Positions 47,755 to 64,000 of a DNA stretch of 64,000 nt are shown piece after piece. The position numbers and the translations under genes were made by a program. The stretch lies in the NCBI GenBank assembly GCA_964016885.1, contig OZ024740.1, positions 219,046,001 through 219,110,000 of the forward strand, written 5' to 3'. The notes below the pieces were generated by a model. The model ran no database searches, was not told the DNA's origin, and worked only from the letters and a program-made list of their open reading frames with translations. This DNA is from Eledone cirrhosa. Its lineage: Eukaryota. Positions within the stretch are counted from its first letter, which is position 1; each line of letters starts with the position of its first letter.

Positions 47755-49848
47755 TAATGACGTTTTACGTCCGTTCTTCCATGCTAGCATGGGTTAGATA
47801 GGTTGTCCTGTTGTGGGCAGTGTCTGGTCGGCTGACCTTGTCTTGCTCATACAGGAACTGATTTTGGCTTGGTTTCTACAGCTGGATGCCCTTCCTAACA
47901 CCAACCTCATTTACAGTGAGTGCTGGGTGCTTTTTCGTGGCACCTACACATCCACTTTACAGTGTGGGCTGGGTGCTTTTTTGCCGTGGCACCTCCACGA
48001 CCACTTTTCAGTGGGAGGGTGTGGGGGCATATTGTCTATATGCTTCAGCTTGTACCCATGGGAGGTCGGGTACTCTGTATTACTGCGTGACGCCAGAGGT
48101 CACCGTCGTGAGTCATCGCCTTTGAGAGGTGCAACTGGGTAAGGTCGGCCCCTCCCTATCACCTCATCCCAGGTCTTCTTGGCTCTCCCCACTCCGCGGC
48201 TTCCATTGACTTCTAGTGCTCTGCACCTTTTTATGCAGCTATCATCCTTCATACGCATCACATGTCCATACCAAAGCAATCTCCTCTCCTGCACACAGCA
48301 TTTGATTCTTCTAATGCTCAGTCTCTCTCTCAGTTCGTTTATGCTTTGCCGTTTGCGTATATTACTATTACACATCCATCGGAGCATGCAGGCTTCGTTT
48401 CTTTCTAATATATGTATGTCTTCCACCTTCAGCGCTCAGGTCTCACTACCATGTAAGATTGCTGTTCGTATACACACATAATACAGCCTGCCTTCCATTT
48501 TGAGGGAAAAGCCTTTTGCAGCTTGCAGTGGCAGTAGTTCCCTGAACTTCTTCCATCCCGTTCTTACCCTAGTTATTGTACTTTCTGAACACCCACCTCC
48601 GCTGCTAATTCAGTCACCTAGGTAGCAGAAGCTGTCTACTGTTTCTACAGAGCCCTCCCAGAGATTGGTGGTACTTGTTTCCTGTGGCTGTTTGCTGCTT
48701 GCTGTCCCAGCACAGCTGCTGCATGTGAAGCCTACATTCTTAATTAAGCTTCCTGAGATCCCGCTACATCTCTTGTGTACCCATTATTTGCATTTGGGGC
48801 AGAGAATGGAGTTCCTACCTACACCTTTCCTACATACTGAGCAAGGCCATTTCCCTGAGGGGATCTGGGTTCTGTTTTCTCATCTACTTACAAGGACCTT
48901 AGTCTTTGTCATGTTGACTTTGAGACCCTTTCTTTCTAGTCCCTGCTTCCAAGTTTGTAATTTCTTCTCTAGTTCTACCATAGATTCAGCTATAAGTGCG
49001 AGGTCATCTGCATACAGGAGTTCCCATGGGCATCCGGTCTTAAACTCCTCCGTTATTGCCTGCAGGACTATGATGAACAGGAGAGGGCTAAGAACAGAGC
49101 CCTGGTGGACACCAACCTGAACGCTAAATTCCTCGCTATACTCATTGCTAATCCTAACTTTGCTGACTGCTCCCCTATACATGGCTTGTACTGCTTTCAC
49201 AAGCCATTCATCTACTCCTAGTTTTCTAAGAGCCCACCAGATTATAGTACGTGGAACTCTGTCAAAGGCTTTCTCGAGATCGACGAATGCCAGGTAGAGT
49301 GGCTTACTTTTAGCTAGGTACTTTTCCTGTAACTGCATCACAAGGAAGAGGGCATCAGTGGTGCCTCTTCCTGGTACAAACCCAAATTGCATCTCATCTA
49401 GTTTCACCCGGTCCCTAATCAACTATGCTATAACTCTTTCTGTTACTTTCATGACCTGGTCCATCAGCTTTATACCTCTATAGTTTCCTCTATCTAGTGC
49501 ATCACCTTTACCCTTGTAACAGTTGACAATGATGCTACTGCACCAATCTTTTGGTATGACACCTTCTAGTATTACCTGGTTAACAATACGTGTGGTTATA
49601 GTGTGACCTATAGACCCAGATGCCTTCAGCATCTCGGCAGCTATACCCGATGGACCGGTTGCCTTCCCCATCTTCATATCTTTGATTGCCTTACTTACTA
49701 CGCTGCTGTTGACTTGTACTGCTGGCCCCTCTATAGGGTCTGCCTGGGGTAGGGTCTCTTCTTCCCATGCATTCTCCTCATTTAGTAATCTATCATAATG
49801 GCTCTTCCATGCATCTTTCTTCTCAGCACTTGTGAGAGCAAGCTCACC
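47755..49848 (-). mobile_element. RTE LINE (subfamily A), 5'-truncated, decayed
   Basis: ORFs 49423-49875, 48880-49422, 48100-48426 match RT. Confidence 0.95.
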
Positions 49849-50250
49849 TGATGATATACATATATACATATGCATATGTATGTATATTTGTTTTACTCTA
49901 ATAAATCATCACATTAAAACTTGTAGTTTCTCTCTTGTATTTTATTTCTTTGTTGGTTTGGTGTTATATAAATGAAACCCAGAATATTTAAAAACAAAAA
50001 CAGTATTTTCAAATATAAGAGGAAATGGATGTTCATATATGGAAGCAAATAGTTGGTTTGATGTTGCATAATTGGCAGGAAGTATCTGATAAAACTCAGT
50101 GAAGGTGATAATTTATTGTTACCTCTGTTAACCTTAAAGGACATCCCTCTCACTCCATCTATCTCTACCCCCCCTCCTCTCTCTATCTCCCTCTCTACCC
50201 ACTCTCTCTGTATATGCATATATATACACACACACACACATATATATATA

Positions 50251-50472
50251 TCATCATCATTTCATTTTACGTCCGCTTTTCCCTGCTTGCAAGGGTGGGA
50301 CGGGAATTGATTCTGGCTTGATTTCTACAGCTGGATGCCCTTCCTAACACCAACCTCATTTACAGTGAGTGATGGGTGCTTTTTTGCCGTGGCACCTCCA
50401 CGACCACTTTACATTTCTACAGCTGAGTAAACTGGAGCAATGTGAAATAAAGTGTCTTGCTCAAAGAAACAA
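50251..50472 (-). mobile_element. SINE family 1, partial
   Basis: Reverse complement of SINE body and tail with an internal deletion. Confidence 0.85.
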
Positions 50473-50474
50473 CG

Positions 50475-53074
<2,600 letters not shown>

Positions 53075-53457
53075 TACAGACACATTTATGTGGACTTTCG
53101 AACTCAATCCTGTTGACAACGCGTACTCCAGTTTAGTCATGATACCAGAAACCTAACATCCTTTATGTAAGTGGACAGTAAATGACTTATGGAGCCGCAG
53201 AAACCCAAATACTGGACTTTACCATCTTTCCAGGGGTCCGGGTAAGCTTTCAACCATTTATATTTTTATATATTTTTATATCTGTATATCTGTTTGACCC
53301 GAAATAGGAGATCGAATCTTCACTGTGTGGATGATTAGTTTAACCACCATCTCAGTGTGTTTGGCCTTTAACGTAAGTTGTAAGCTCTAATTCATATGAA
53401 TTATCGAGCGCTTGCCACACGGTTCCTGAGCTGAAATTCGATTCTCGCTAATTTTTA

Positions 53458-53538
<81 letters not shown>

Positions 53539-53942
53539 ATTATATCTATATTAATAAAGCTGACGGCCGTATGTATGTAACAAACCTTTCTCCAAACGGC
53601 TGGACCAAATATCACCAAATTTGCACCATAGATGTAACTTTTTGCAAAGAAGAAAGTGAGGGTATTTTTGTCTATTAAATTTCGTTAAAAGATTAAAGAT
53701 ATTTTATTGTTTTTTTAAATATTCACTTCTTTAAAATTTTCAAATGTCAACACTTCTGGTTAGTGATCGCTTATACGACATTTCTCTCTCTTTCTTAGTC
53801 TGTCATTTTAGATAGATACATAGCTATAACATCGTCGCGCCCTTATAATATGTCTCTGTATGTCTAGCTGTCTCCATTATGAAAACCATTCTGTACATTG
53901 ACTTCGCTGTCTGTGTGTGTATGTATATATGTATATATATAG

Positions 53943-53993
<51 letters not shown>

Positions 53994-54152
53994 TTAGTAT
54001 CATAAATAAGAGACAGTTTAATTTGTACATTTTATTACACCATTCCTTTATACGTATATATACATGTTATTTATAGTTAAAAAAGAAGTTAAATTGTTTC
54101 TACTTTTGGCACAAGGCCAACAATTATCCCAGTACATTACTGGTACTTTATT

Positions 54153-54968
54153 CATCATCATCATCATCATCATCGTCGTTTAACGTCCATCTTCCACGCT
54201 TGCATGGGTTTGGACGGGAGTTTTCCCACTTGAGGCAAGATTGGTTGTCCTGCTCGTATAGGACTGTCTGGCGGGTTTTCTACAGCTGGATGCCCTTCCT
54301 AACACCAACCACATTTACAGTGTGGAACTGAGAGGTTTTTACCGTGTTACCTACACGGCCACATTACAGTGTGAACTGTGTTTTTTTTTGTCGTGGCACC
54401 TACACGACCTCATTTGTTTCGGACTGGATGTTGTGGTACCAACATAACTTCACATTTAAGGGGGTGGTGTGGATGGGGTGGGGTATTGGGATGGGGGGGG
54501 GGGGGGGGGGTATTTTGTTAGAGGTGCCTACTGACTGTAGGTTTCGCTTTGTACTTAGGCAAGGCGGGTCTTCTGTATAACTGTGCAGCGCCAAAGATCT
54601 CGGTCCAGTGACATTGTCTTGGAGAGGTGTAAGTGTGTGAGGTCAGAATTTATCAAGTCGTCCCAGGTTTTTCTGGGTTTGCCTACTCCGTAGCTACCGT
54701 TTATTTTTATTGCCCTGCACTTTTTTATACAGCTGTCGTCTTTCATGCGCAGCACGTGACCGTACCAACGTAGTCTTCTCTAGAGTAAACAACATCTGAT
54801 CCCTCTTATTCCTAATTACTCCCTTAGTTCGTTTATGCTTTGCCGTACACATCCAGCGGAGCATGCAAGCTTCGTTTCTCTCCAGTCTGCGTATATCCTC
54901 TGCACACAATGTCCAGGTCTCACTGCCATGTAACATTGCTGTTCGTATGCAGGCATCATACAGCCTGC
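54153..54968 (-). mobile_element. RTE subfamily C 3' fragment
   Basis: [22 protein letters not shown]; 3' UTR and (CAT)n. Confidence 0.92.
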
Positions 54969-55381
54969 CTTAATACGGCATTCCTCTCTCTTTCCTGCTC
55001 TGTCTTTTTAGATAGATACATAGCTATAACCCCTTATAATATCTCTTTGTCCTTACATTTTCTCTCTGTCTGACTGCCTGTCTGCCTTGACTTCGCTTCT
55101 AACCAACTATTAATTAAACATATATATATATATATATAATTATATATTCGTGTACAGATATTTTTGCATACACAAACACACAAAAAAACGGAAAACAGAA
55201 CTACGAAAACAAAATATAAACAAACATTGTATTTATTTTGTTAACTATGCAGCGATTTGTTTACATTTAGTTCGACTGTATGAAAGCACAGACGGCTTAT
55301 CGTCATTGTTACTGCCGATATGCCTCCCAAAAAGTCCCTGCCTGGCCGCAAGATCCGATTTTCCAGAAGAAAAAATGTTAA

Positions 55382-55740
55382 AGCTTTACAATGGCACATG
55401 ACTTGCAGTCAAGCAGATGCTGCGTCATGTCATTGAAGTCACAATCATGACTGGAGTTGGTAGGGGAGAAGATGTATTTATTCCTCGCATCCTGTCGCTG
55501 CCAGCCGACTTACCCTTTGTGTTCAAGTGACTTCAGTTTCCAATAAGACTAAGCTTCGCGATTACCATCAACAAAGCTCAGGGTCAAACCCTAAAAGTGG
55601 TTGGCCTTCATCTGGGAAAACCATGCTTCTCCCATAGTCAATTATATGTAGGATGCTCTAGGGTGAGCTCGCCAAACAATCTCTTCATCTTTGCTCCCGA
55701 GGGCCGAACAAAAAACGTTGTGTACTCTGAAGCTCTAACA
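55382..55740 (+). pseudogene. Helitron PIF1-type helicase C-terminus (pseudogene)
   Basis: LYNGT, VFIPRI, QFPIRLSFAITINKAQGQTL, QLYVGCSRV, TKNVVYSEAL with stops. Confidence 0.88.
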
Positions 55741-56822
55741 ATGTAATTTATGTATTTTCTGTTACTTGGAATTTCCATTACGATTGTACAAATTATTGTA
55801 AAGTTTGTTAAAAAATGTGTTCACTGTTCAGCCTTTATTGTTGTAACTATCAATTTTCTTTAACGTACTGGCTGCTGAACTGGGGAATCCTAAAAACTAT
55901 TCAAACCCAACATCAGAAAACGTTAACCCCTCACCCCTCGTGCGTAATTGATGGGTTGTCTATTGTGTGTATGTGTGTGTGTGCGTGCGTGTGACAGAGG
56001 GTTACATAGAGCGGCCAGGCGAATATCAAAGATGATTGGGTTCAAAGGGCAAGGGGAAGGAGTTAGACATGCGCCCAAGGGGTCAGGCAAGCTGGTGCTA
56101 ACTTTCGGGGGAGATTGACGACATGTGCGTGAGGTGGAATCTGCATGCCGCAATGAACTATAATTATAAACACACTAAGATTGAGTCACCACAATAGCTT
56201 TCCCCCCTTAGCTCCGTAGTCAGAAGGTAGTGCAGGAACGTACCTCTTATTGAAAACCACATACTTGCCACTAGCATTTCATCCATACTTACATAGAAAG
56301 AAGAGATGGGCATTTTTACTGGAGGGGGAAATATAGGTCAGTGAGGGTCATGCTGGTAACAACGGGGAGCATGAAGACAATGAAGCAGCGTGTTGACGCA
56401 TTCAGCCGAAATCACCACTATAATCCTTGCTACGTTAATTGCCAGTACATTAAACTAGCAGGCCCAGCCGGATAGCACCTGGCGGTAGGCCTGCATCAGA
56501 TCTTTTAGAAAGCCCTCACAACCAGTGCGACAATAGCAGGATTGTGGCAAAACTAATGGTCCAACACCACAGTTGTAACTTTTACCACGGAATCGAGTGA
56601 TTATGGTCGTTGAGCATTCCAGCGGTGGTGGTGGTGGTATTTTTCACGGATCAGAAATGAGTCACCACAATAGCTCCCCCTCCTTGATACATACTTGGAA
56701 CTGCAATGTGACTTGAAAGGGCATGTGGTATCTTTGCACTGGAGTGGAGGGGGGCTTCCTGAAAAGATAAAATGCTGATATACCTAACAGCGGGGCCAGC
56801 CGCACGGGCCAGCTTGTATATA

Positions 56823-57330
56823 TAATTATTGAGTAAATGACAGGAGGCTGGACTGGTGAAATTTCTTCAAATATTTATTATAGCAAACACTATGTACATT
56901 TCAGTGACCAAGTTCCGTAAGATCCTGATGACATGTCTACGACTCGAAGGCGGTCAGCCAAACTGGCAACAGATGGTCCTGACCGCCTTCGAGTCATAAA
57001 CATTTTTCTCTGTTTTTATACCCTCTTGGATTGTGTTTACCATTATTCCTTTATTACATAGCTTTTACGCAATAAATACCTGATGATGTCATCAGGATCT
57101 TACAGAACTTGGTCACTGAAATGTACATAGTGTTTGCTATAATAAATCTTTGAAGAAATTTCACCAGTCCAGCCTCCTGTCATTTTACTCAATAATAATT
57201 AACTCCGTTGTTCTCGCACCACCACCAAGATTAAACATAAACGAAGAGTGATGAGTTGCTTTTTCTAATATAACATTATGGTTGACTATACGGATTGACC
57301 AGTTCTATCAAGTGGTGAACCAACAAACCT
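56823..57330 (+). mobile_element. Fold-back insertion (110-bp arms) of an HHR-bearing repeat
   Basis: 56823-56933 is the reverse complement of 57086-57197; second hairpin 56938-56998 in the spacer. Confidence 0.8.
57074..57135 (+). ncRNA. Type I hammerhead ribozyme
   Basis: aaatac CTGATGA tgtc...gtcact GAAA tgtaca TA gtgttt; palindromic stem III atgtacat; stem II imperfect. Confidence 0.75.
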
Positions 57331-57348
57331 AAATGTATATATATATAT

Positions 57349-59895
<2,547 letters not shown>

Positions 59896-59899
59896 TGGG

Positions 59900-60145
59900 T
59901 GTCTATCAAGTCAGTTGTCAGACGTCAGAGCTTTAATGCCCAGGGAAGCAAGGCATTCAGTGTATGGTAGATACCTGATGGAGAGAATTTCATTGGGTTG
60001 CACATCTCTGAACAGTTTCCAGGAGATCAATATTATGAGCAAGATAAGGGTTCCAGACTGGTGATGCAAATTCTAAGAGTGGACACACCATAGCTATATA
60101 CAATTTTAAATAGATAGCTGGAGAGTGGCTAACAAAGGTCAGTAT
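59900..60145 (-). mobile_element. CR1-group LINE RT fragment
   Basis: LYIAMVCPLLEFASPVWNPYLAHNIDLLETVQRCAT matches the CR1-type LYxxxVRPxLEYAxxVWxP motif. Confidence 0.8.
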
Positions 60146-60330
60146 ATTTCCTGAAGAGATATGGTTGGGATAAAGCACTTATAATGGAAATAATTGTTAA
60201 CTGGTAATCTCCAGTTTCTCCACAAATGGATGCGATATTCTAGCCACATTTAAACGTTTGTAGAGATGTATGAATAAATAATAATTTCCTATTATTGGCT
60301 TTCTTAAAATTTTGAATATATAAATATGTA

Positions 60331-60535
60331 TAGGAAAATGTTCAAGACCCTGACGGCAGAGCTCAAGCCATTTCGACAGCTATTTCTGGACTAAATTCAG
60401 AATTTAGTCCAGAAATAGCCGTCGAAACGGCTTGAGCTCTGCCATTGGGGTCTTGAACATTTCCTATTACCCTAAGTATTGAGTACTCTGGTGCGTTATG
60501 GTCCACCTGGTTCCTTACCACACTTCCTTCATTAA
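60331..60535 (+). repeat. Near-perfect 68-bp-arm hairpin made of the 3' half of an HHR, plus tail
   Basis: 60331-60398 is the reverse complement of 60400-60466; consensus of the two arms GAAAC-ggc-ttgagctct-gcc-GTC-agg; CTGANGA absent. Confidence 0.7.
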
Positions 60536-60823
60536 ATATATATATATATATATACCTCCCACTCTCTCTCTTTTTATTTATCTACCATCTCTCTCTCTTT
60601 CCCCTCCCTATATATCACTTTATCTCTATCTCTGTACAGAGAAGAGATTATGAAACACGTGAAGAAATGTGATGTTGTCTGGTAGTTAAATATGAGTGTT
60701 GTATATTGAAGATATGCAAAAACTGGAAAGAAACAAGTTGAATATAATCTTTTTTTATTTTTTGTTAGATCTGGAGGAAGAGGCTATACCCATGATGTTT
60801 ACATAATGTTTAACTCACATGAA

Positions 60824-61380
60824 TATGAGGGTTGACTGAAAAGTTCATAGGCTGACTATGAAGGGGTAATGCTAGTGCTGTGAAATCATGCATGCATTAA
60901 TTTGAACTCTTTTTATTAATAACTGCATTATTTCTTTCCAGATAAAACTGACATGTGACTGTTCAAAGAAGACTTCAAAAGTAACTAGTAGTGACTTCTC
61001 TTGAAGATGAACAAATGTTGGTGTCAAAGTGTTATCAAGTAGCTGCAGAAGAAGGGTTTAGCCCTCAAGGACGTTCATGCTGACATAGTTGCTACATTAG
61101 GGGATGATTCTTCAGCTTTATCAACAGTACAAAGTGGGCAGCTGAATTTATGAGGAGAAGGAAGAGTCTTGAAGATGACCCAAGTCTGGACGTCCTGCAA
61201 CTGTCACCACTGAGGAAAACATTTATCATGTTCACCACATGGTGATGGAGAACAGGCAATTGACTATAAATAAAATAGTCATTAGCATATCCCCTGAAGG
61301 GATTGAGAATATTCTGCACAATGAACTTGGCATGAAGAAGGGTTCTGCCCAATCGGTACCATGTCTTCTGACACCAGATT
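60824..61380 (+). mobile_element. Mariner-family DNA transposon, left end + decayed transposase N-terminus
   Basis: TA+TGAGGGTTGACTGAAAAGTTC terminus; peptides STVQ.WAAEF, SLEDDP.SGRPATVTTEEN, ILHNELGMKKGSAQSVPCLLT (WVP motif region). Confidence 0.85.
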
Positions 61381-61606
61381 GTATGAAATATAAATGGATA
61401 GAAGTAACATTAACCTTTTTCTTACTATATTTCTAATGAAATACATAGCCTATAATTTTCAAACATTTTTTTAAAATCGAGAATTTGGAAGGATTTAGTA
61501 AATTAACTTTGTGTTTGGAGCACAACTGATCAAAGATTCTTTTGTAGAATTGTGTTGAAAGGTTTTTAGATGGATTCTACCCCAACGATCCTCTCAGGAA
61601 TAAGTG

Positions 61607-61697
61607 GAAGAAGAAGAAGAAGAAGAAGAAGAAGAAGAAGAAGAAGAAGAAGAAGAAGAAGAAGAAGAAGAAGAAGAAGAAGAAGAAGAAGAAGAAG
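61607..61697. repeat. (GAA)n microsatellite
   Basis: Direct reading. Confidence 0.95.
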
Positions 61698-63076
61698 ACG
61701 CCAAACAACTTTTTTTGTTTTGTTTTGAGATCATCTATGTTTTGGTTTTGGGTTTTTTATTTTGATATTTTAAATGTGTTTTATTGAAAATCCAATATTT
61801 TCCATTGTAAGTGTTGAAAAGTTAAAATTAGTAGAGATATATTTACTTTAATTTTTATTTGACGCCAGGAAAATAACAAAGAAAAAAAGAAAAAAGAAAG
61901 AAAAAGATAATACTTTAGTAAAAGTAACATATTCAACTAGAGTGTTATGTCTGCTTAGTTTTATATGAACGTCTTAATATGGAGTGAACATTGTTGCTAT
62001 CTTGTATCATTACAGTCTTGTGGTAATTAATTATTAAATCAATTTTTTGAAACAATTGTGTGCAAGAAATTGCTTTTTAAACTTTTGACAAGTTTAGTAA
62101 TAAATATTTGATTCCTAAGCTTACCACTATTTCATTTGTAATTTAATTGTTTTCAGATTTGAGTGTCAAACCTAAAAATATATTTTTTTAAGACCTGTCA
62201 TTATTTATTAACATTGTAATTAAGCATGATCTTAGACTCCAAATATGTTTCCATGAAAATAAAACTATTTGAAATTCTAAACCAAATTGCAAACAATAAA
62301 AAAAAAAGTCTAACAAATAATTAAATATGCATTTTTATTTAGCAAATTTGTGGTAAAAAATTCCACTTCACAAGCAATATCATTTTGTTTTGTCATATTA
62401 TGCAATATGTCTTATGCAAGTGTCCTCTATCATAGCCTTGAGGAAAAGATATTGTAATGAGCAACATGGATGTTCTATCAACAAATTAAATAGGAAATGT
62501 TATAATTACACCTATAGGGTTATTTGGTATAACACTATAGTGTTAAGGTTTTCAAAATTGTAGTTCTTTTAGAAGTCAGTATTTCCTTCTGAAATTCTAC
62601 AGTACCCAGACAATAAATACCAAGGATTCTGGAATGCATGAGTCAATTTCCATTTTATTTATTTGAATGTATTGAATGTATTAGTCATTAGAGAGTTGGA
62701 TTCACAATCGTGAATTTGCGAGTTCAATTCTCGGACTGGGTGATGCATTGTGTCTTTGAACAATACACTTTATTTCACATTGCTCCTTCTGCAAGGAGTT
62801 GCAACCAGTAGATAGTATCAGCAATGAAAAGGCGAATGGACACATTGCTTCCTTAGTCCGATTTGACAAGGTCTGCGAATGAGGTCTGGGATTTTTTCAA
62901 TCAATCAGAGCAGAGCGAAAAGGAGAAAAGTCATAATACAAATCCTAAACCTAATCCTAACTCCCTAATCCTAATGTGACTTCTTCTTGTGACATTTTTC
63001 CTAGCCAAAAGTATGGCTTTTTTCTGCATCTCCATCTCCTGTGATTTTATAAACATTTAGTACTTTACAAAGCAGT

Positions 63077-63111
<35 letters not shown>

Positions 63112-63908
63112 GTAAGAAACTCTCAGGAAAGCTGGACAGCAGAAGGTTTTCAGAGAAGAAATTCTCCTGTCAAGCAGAGTTTCAGCCCTTATATAGGCAG
63201 ATATCATATGACACAAATGTAACAAAAATGTACAAGAAATATGGGCTATAAAATCAAAGTTTAAAAAAACAAAAATGTCACAGGAAAAGAATTTACAGGA
63301 GAAAAGTCACAATACAAACCCTATGTATGAAATACAACTATGAATATGGCAGAAAATTAAATAATGTTGAAGATATGTCATGAAAATAGGAACCATTTCA
63401 AGGAATCATTTGAAGATTATGTTTATCAAAACATTTTGTCTTTTCAATTTTTAAAAATCTAACAGAAAATTACTTTGATTTGATTAACTGTTTTGATACC
63501 AAACTGCCTGTAACTGCCCCTGATTCTATGATATAAAGTTGTTAATTTTGATGTGTATATATTTGTCTAAAAATCTATCGTTAATTCTATGTAAAAGCTT
63601 TGGTTTATTTATGCTCCAAACTTAATAATGAGAAAGTTAGTTACAATATTATATCGTTCCAAATTCTTTTATTGTTTTACTTGTTTTAGTCATTAAACTG
63701 TGGCCATGCTGGGGCACTGCTTTGATTTACTTATTTTATTTATTTATTTTGTTTTGTTGAACCATTAAATGATGGGACATAAACACAGATTGATACAAAC
63801 ATAAACACACCCATGGACACACACACACATATACAGAGATGGTAAAATGAGCAGACCTGCTTTTTCTCACTCTCCTCTATCTTTCTATTTCTTCTTTAAT
63901 TTCTCCTA

Positions 63909-63944
63909 TTTTCTGATGGAAGGTTAGTGTCTGAAATGTTGAGA
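63909..63944 (+). ncRNA. Decayed minimal hammerhead motif
   Basis: tttt CTGATGG aaggttagtgtct GAAA tg TT gaga; related to the 39450 family; core A9 changed to G. Confidence 0.45.
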
Positions 63945-64000
63945 CTTTTCCTACTATATTCAGTGTGAAACTAAATAATATATACCTTCATTGTACTTCA

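Larger units (their letters stand above)
53545..56816 (+). mobile_element. Degenerate Helitron with nested RTE and SINE insertions
   Basis: 5' A|TCTATATTAATAAA; 3' GC-rich stretch then CTTG|T (CTAG-like); internal PIF1 helicase remnant. Confidence 0.7.

Noticed and set aside
62943-62974. cctaa-rich stretch resembling telomeric repeat
   Set aside because: Short, degenerate and embedded in a dispersed repeat also seen at 63272-63322

Overview
AT-rich eukaryotic (animal) genomic DNA made almost entirely of transposable-element fragments and microsatellites. The mix of RTE LINEs with (GAT)n tails, tRNA-derived SINEs and very dense (TA)n/(CA)n tracts resembles octopus/coleoid cephalopod genomes (inference). 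No intact host gene is evident; there are only two weak candidate exons. The window holds about 10 5'-truncated RTE-clade LINE copies in three subfamilies (their RT carries an embedded PHD-type zinc finger), Penelope-like elements (RT + GIY-YIG), a degenerate Helitron, mariner and Tigger/pogo remnants, CR1 and RLE-type LINE fragments, two SINE families and TTAA/TA MITEs. The main signal that the ORF track does not explain is a dense set of minimal type I hammerhead ribozyme (HHR) motifs: about 10 with the CUGANGA/GAAA/UH core intact plus several decayed, from several sequence families with different palindromic stem III keys. Two identical-core HHRs sit 422 nt apart in a tandem repeat (retrozyme-like, potential circular RNA), and many others lie in fold-back (inverted) insertions whose symmetry axis falls in or beside the ribozyme. 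All motif calls and coordinates are by eye.
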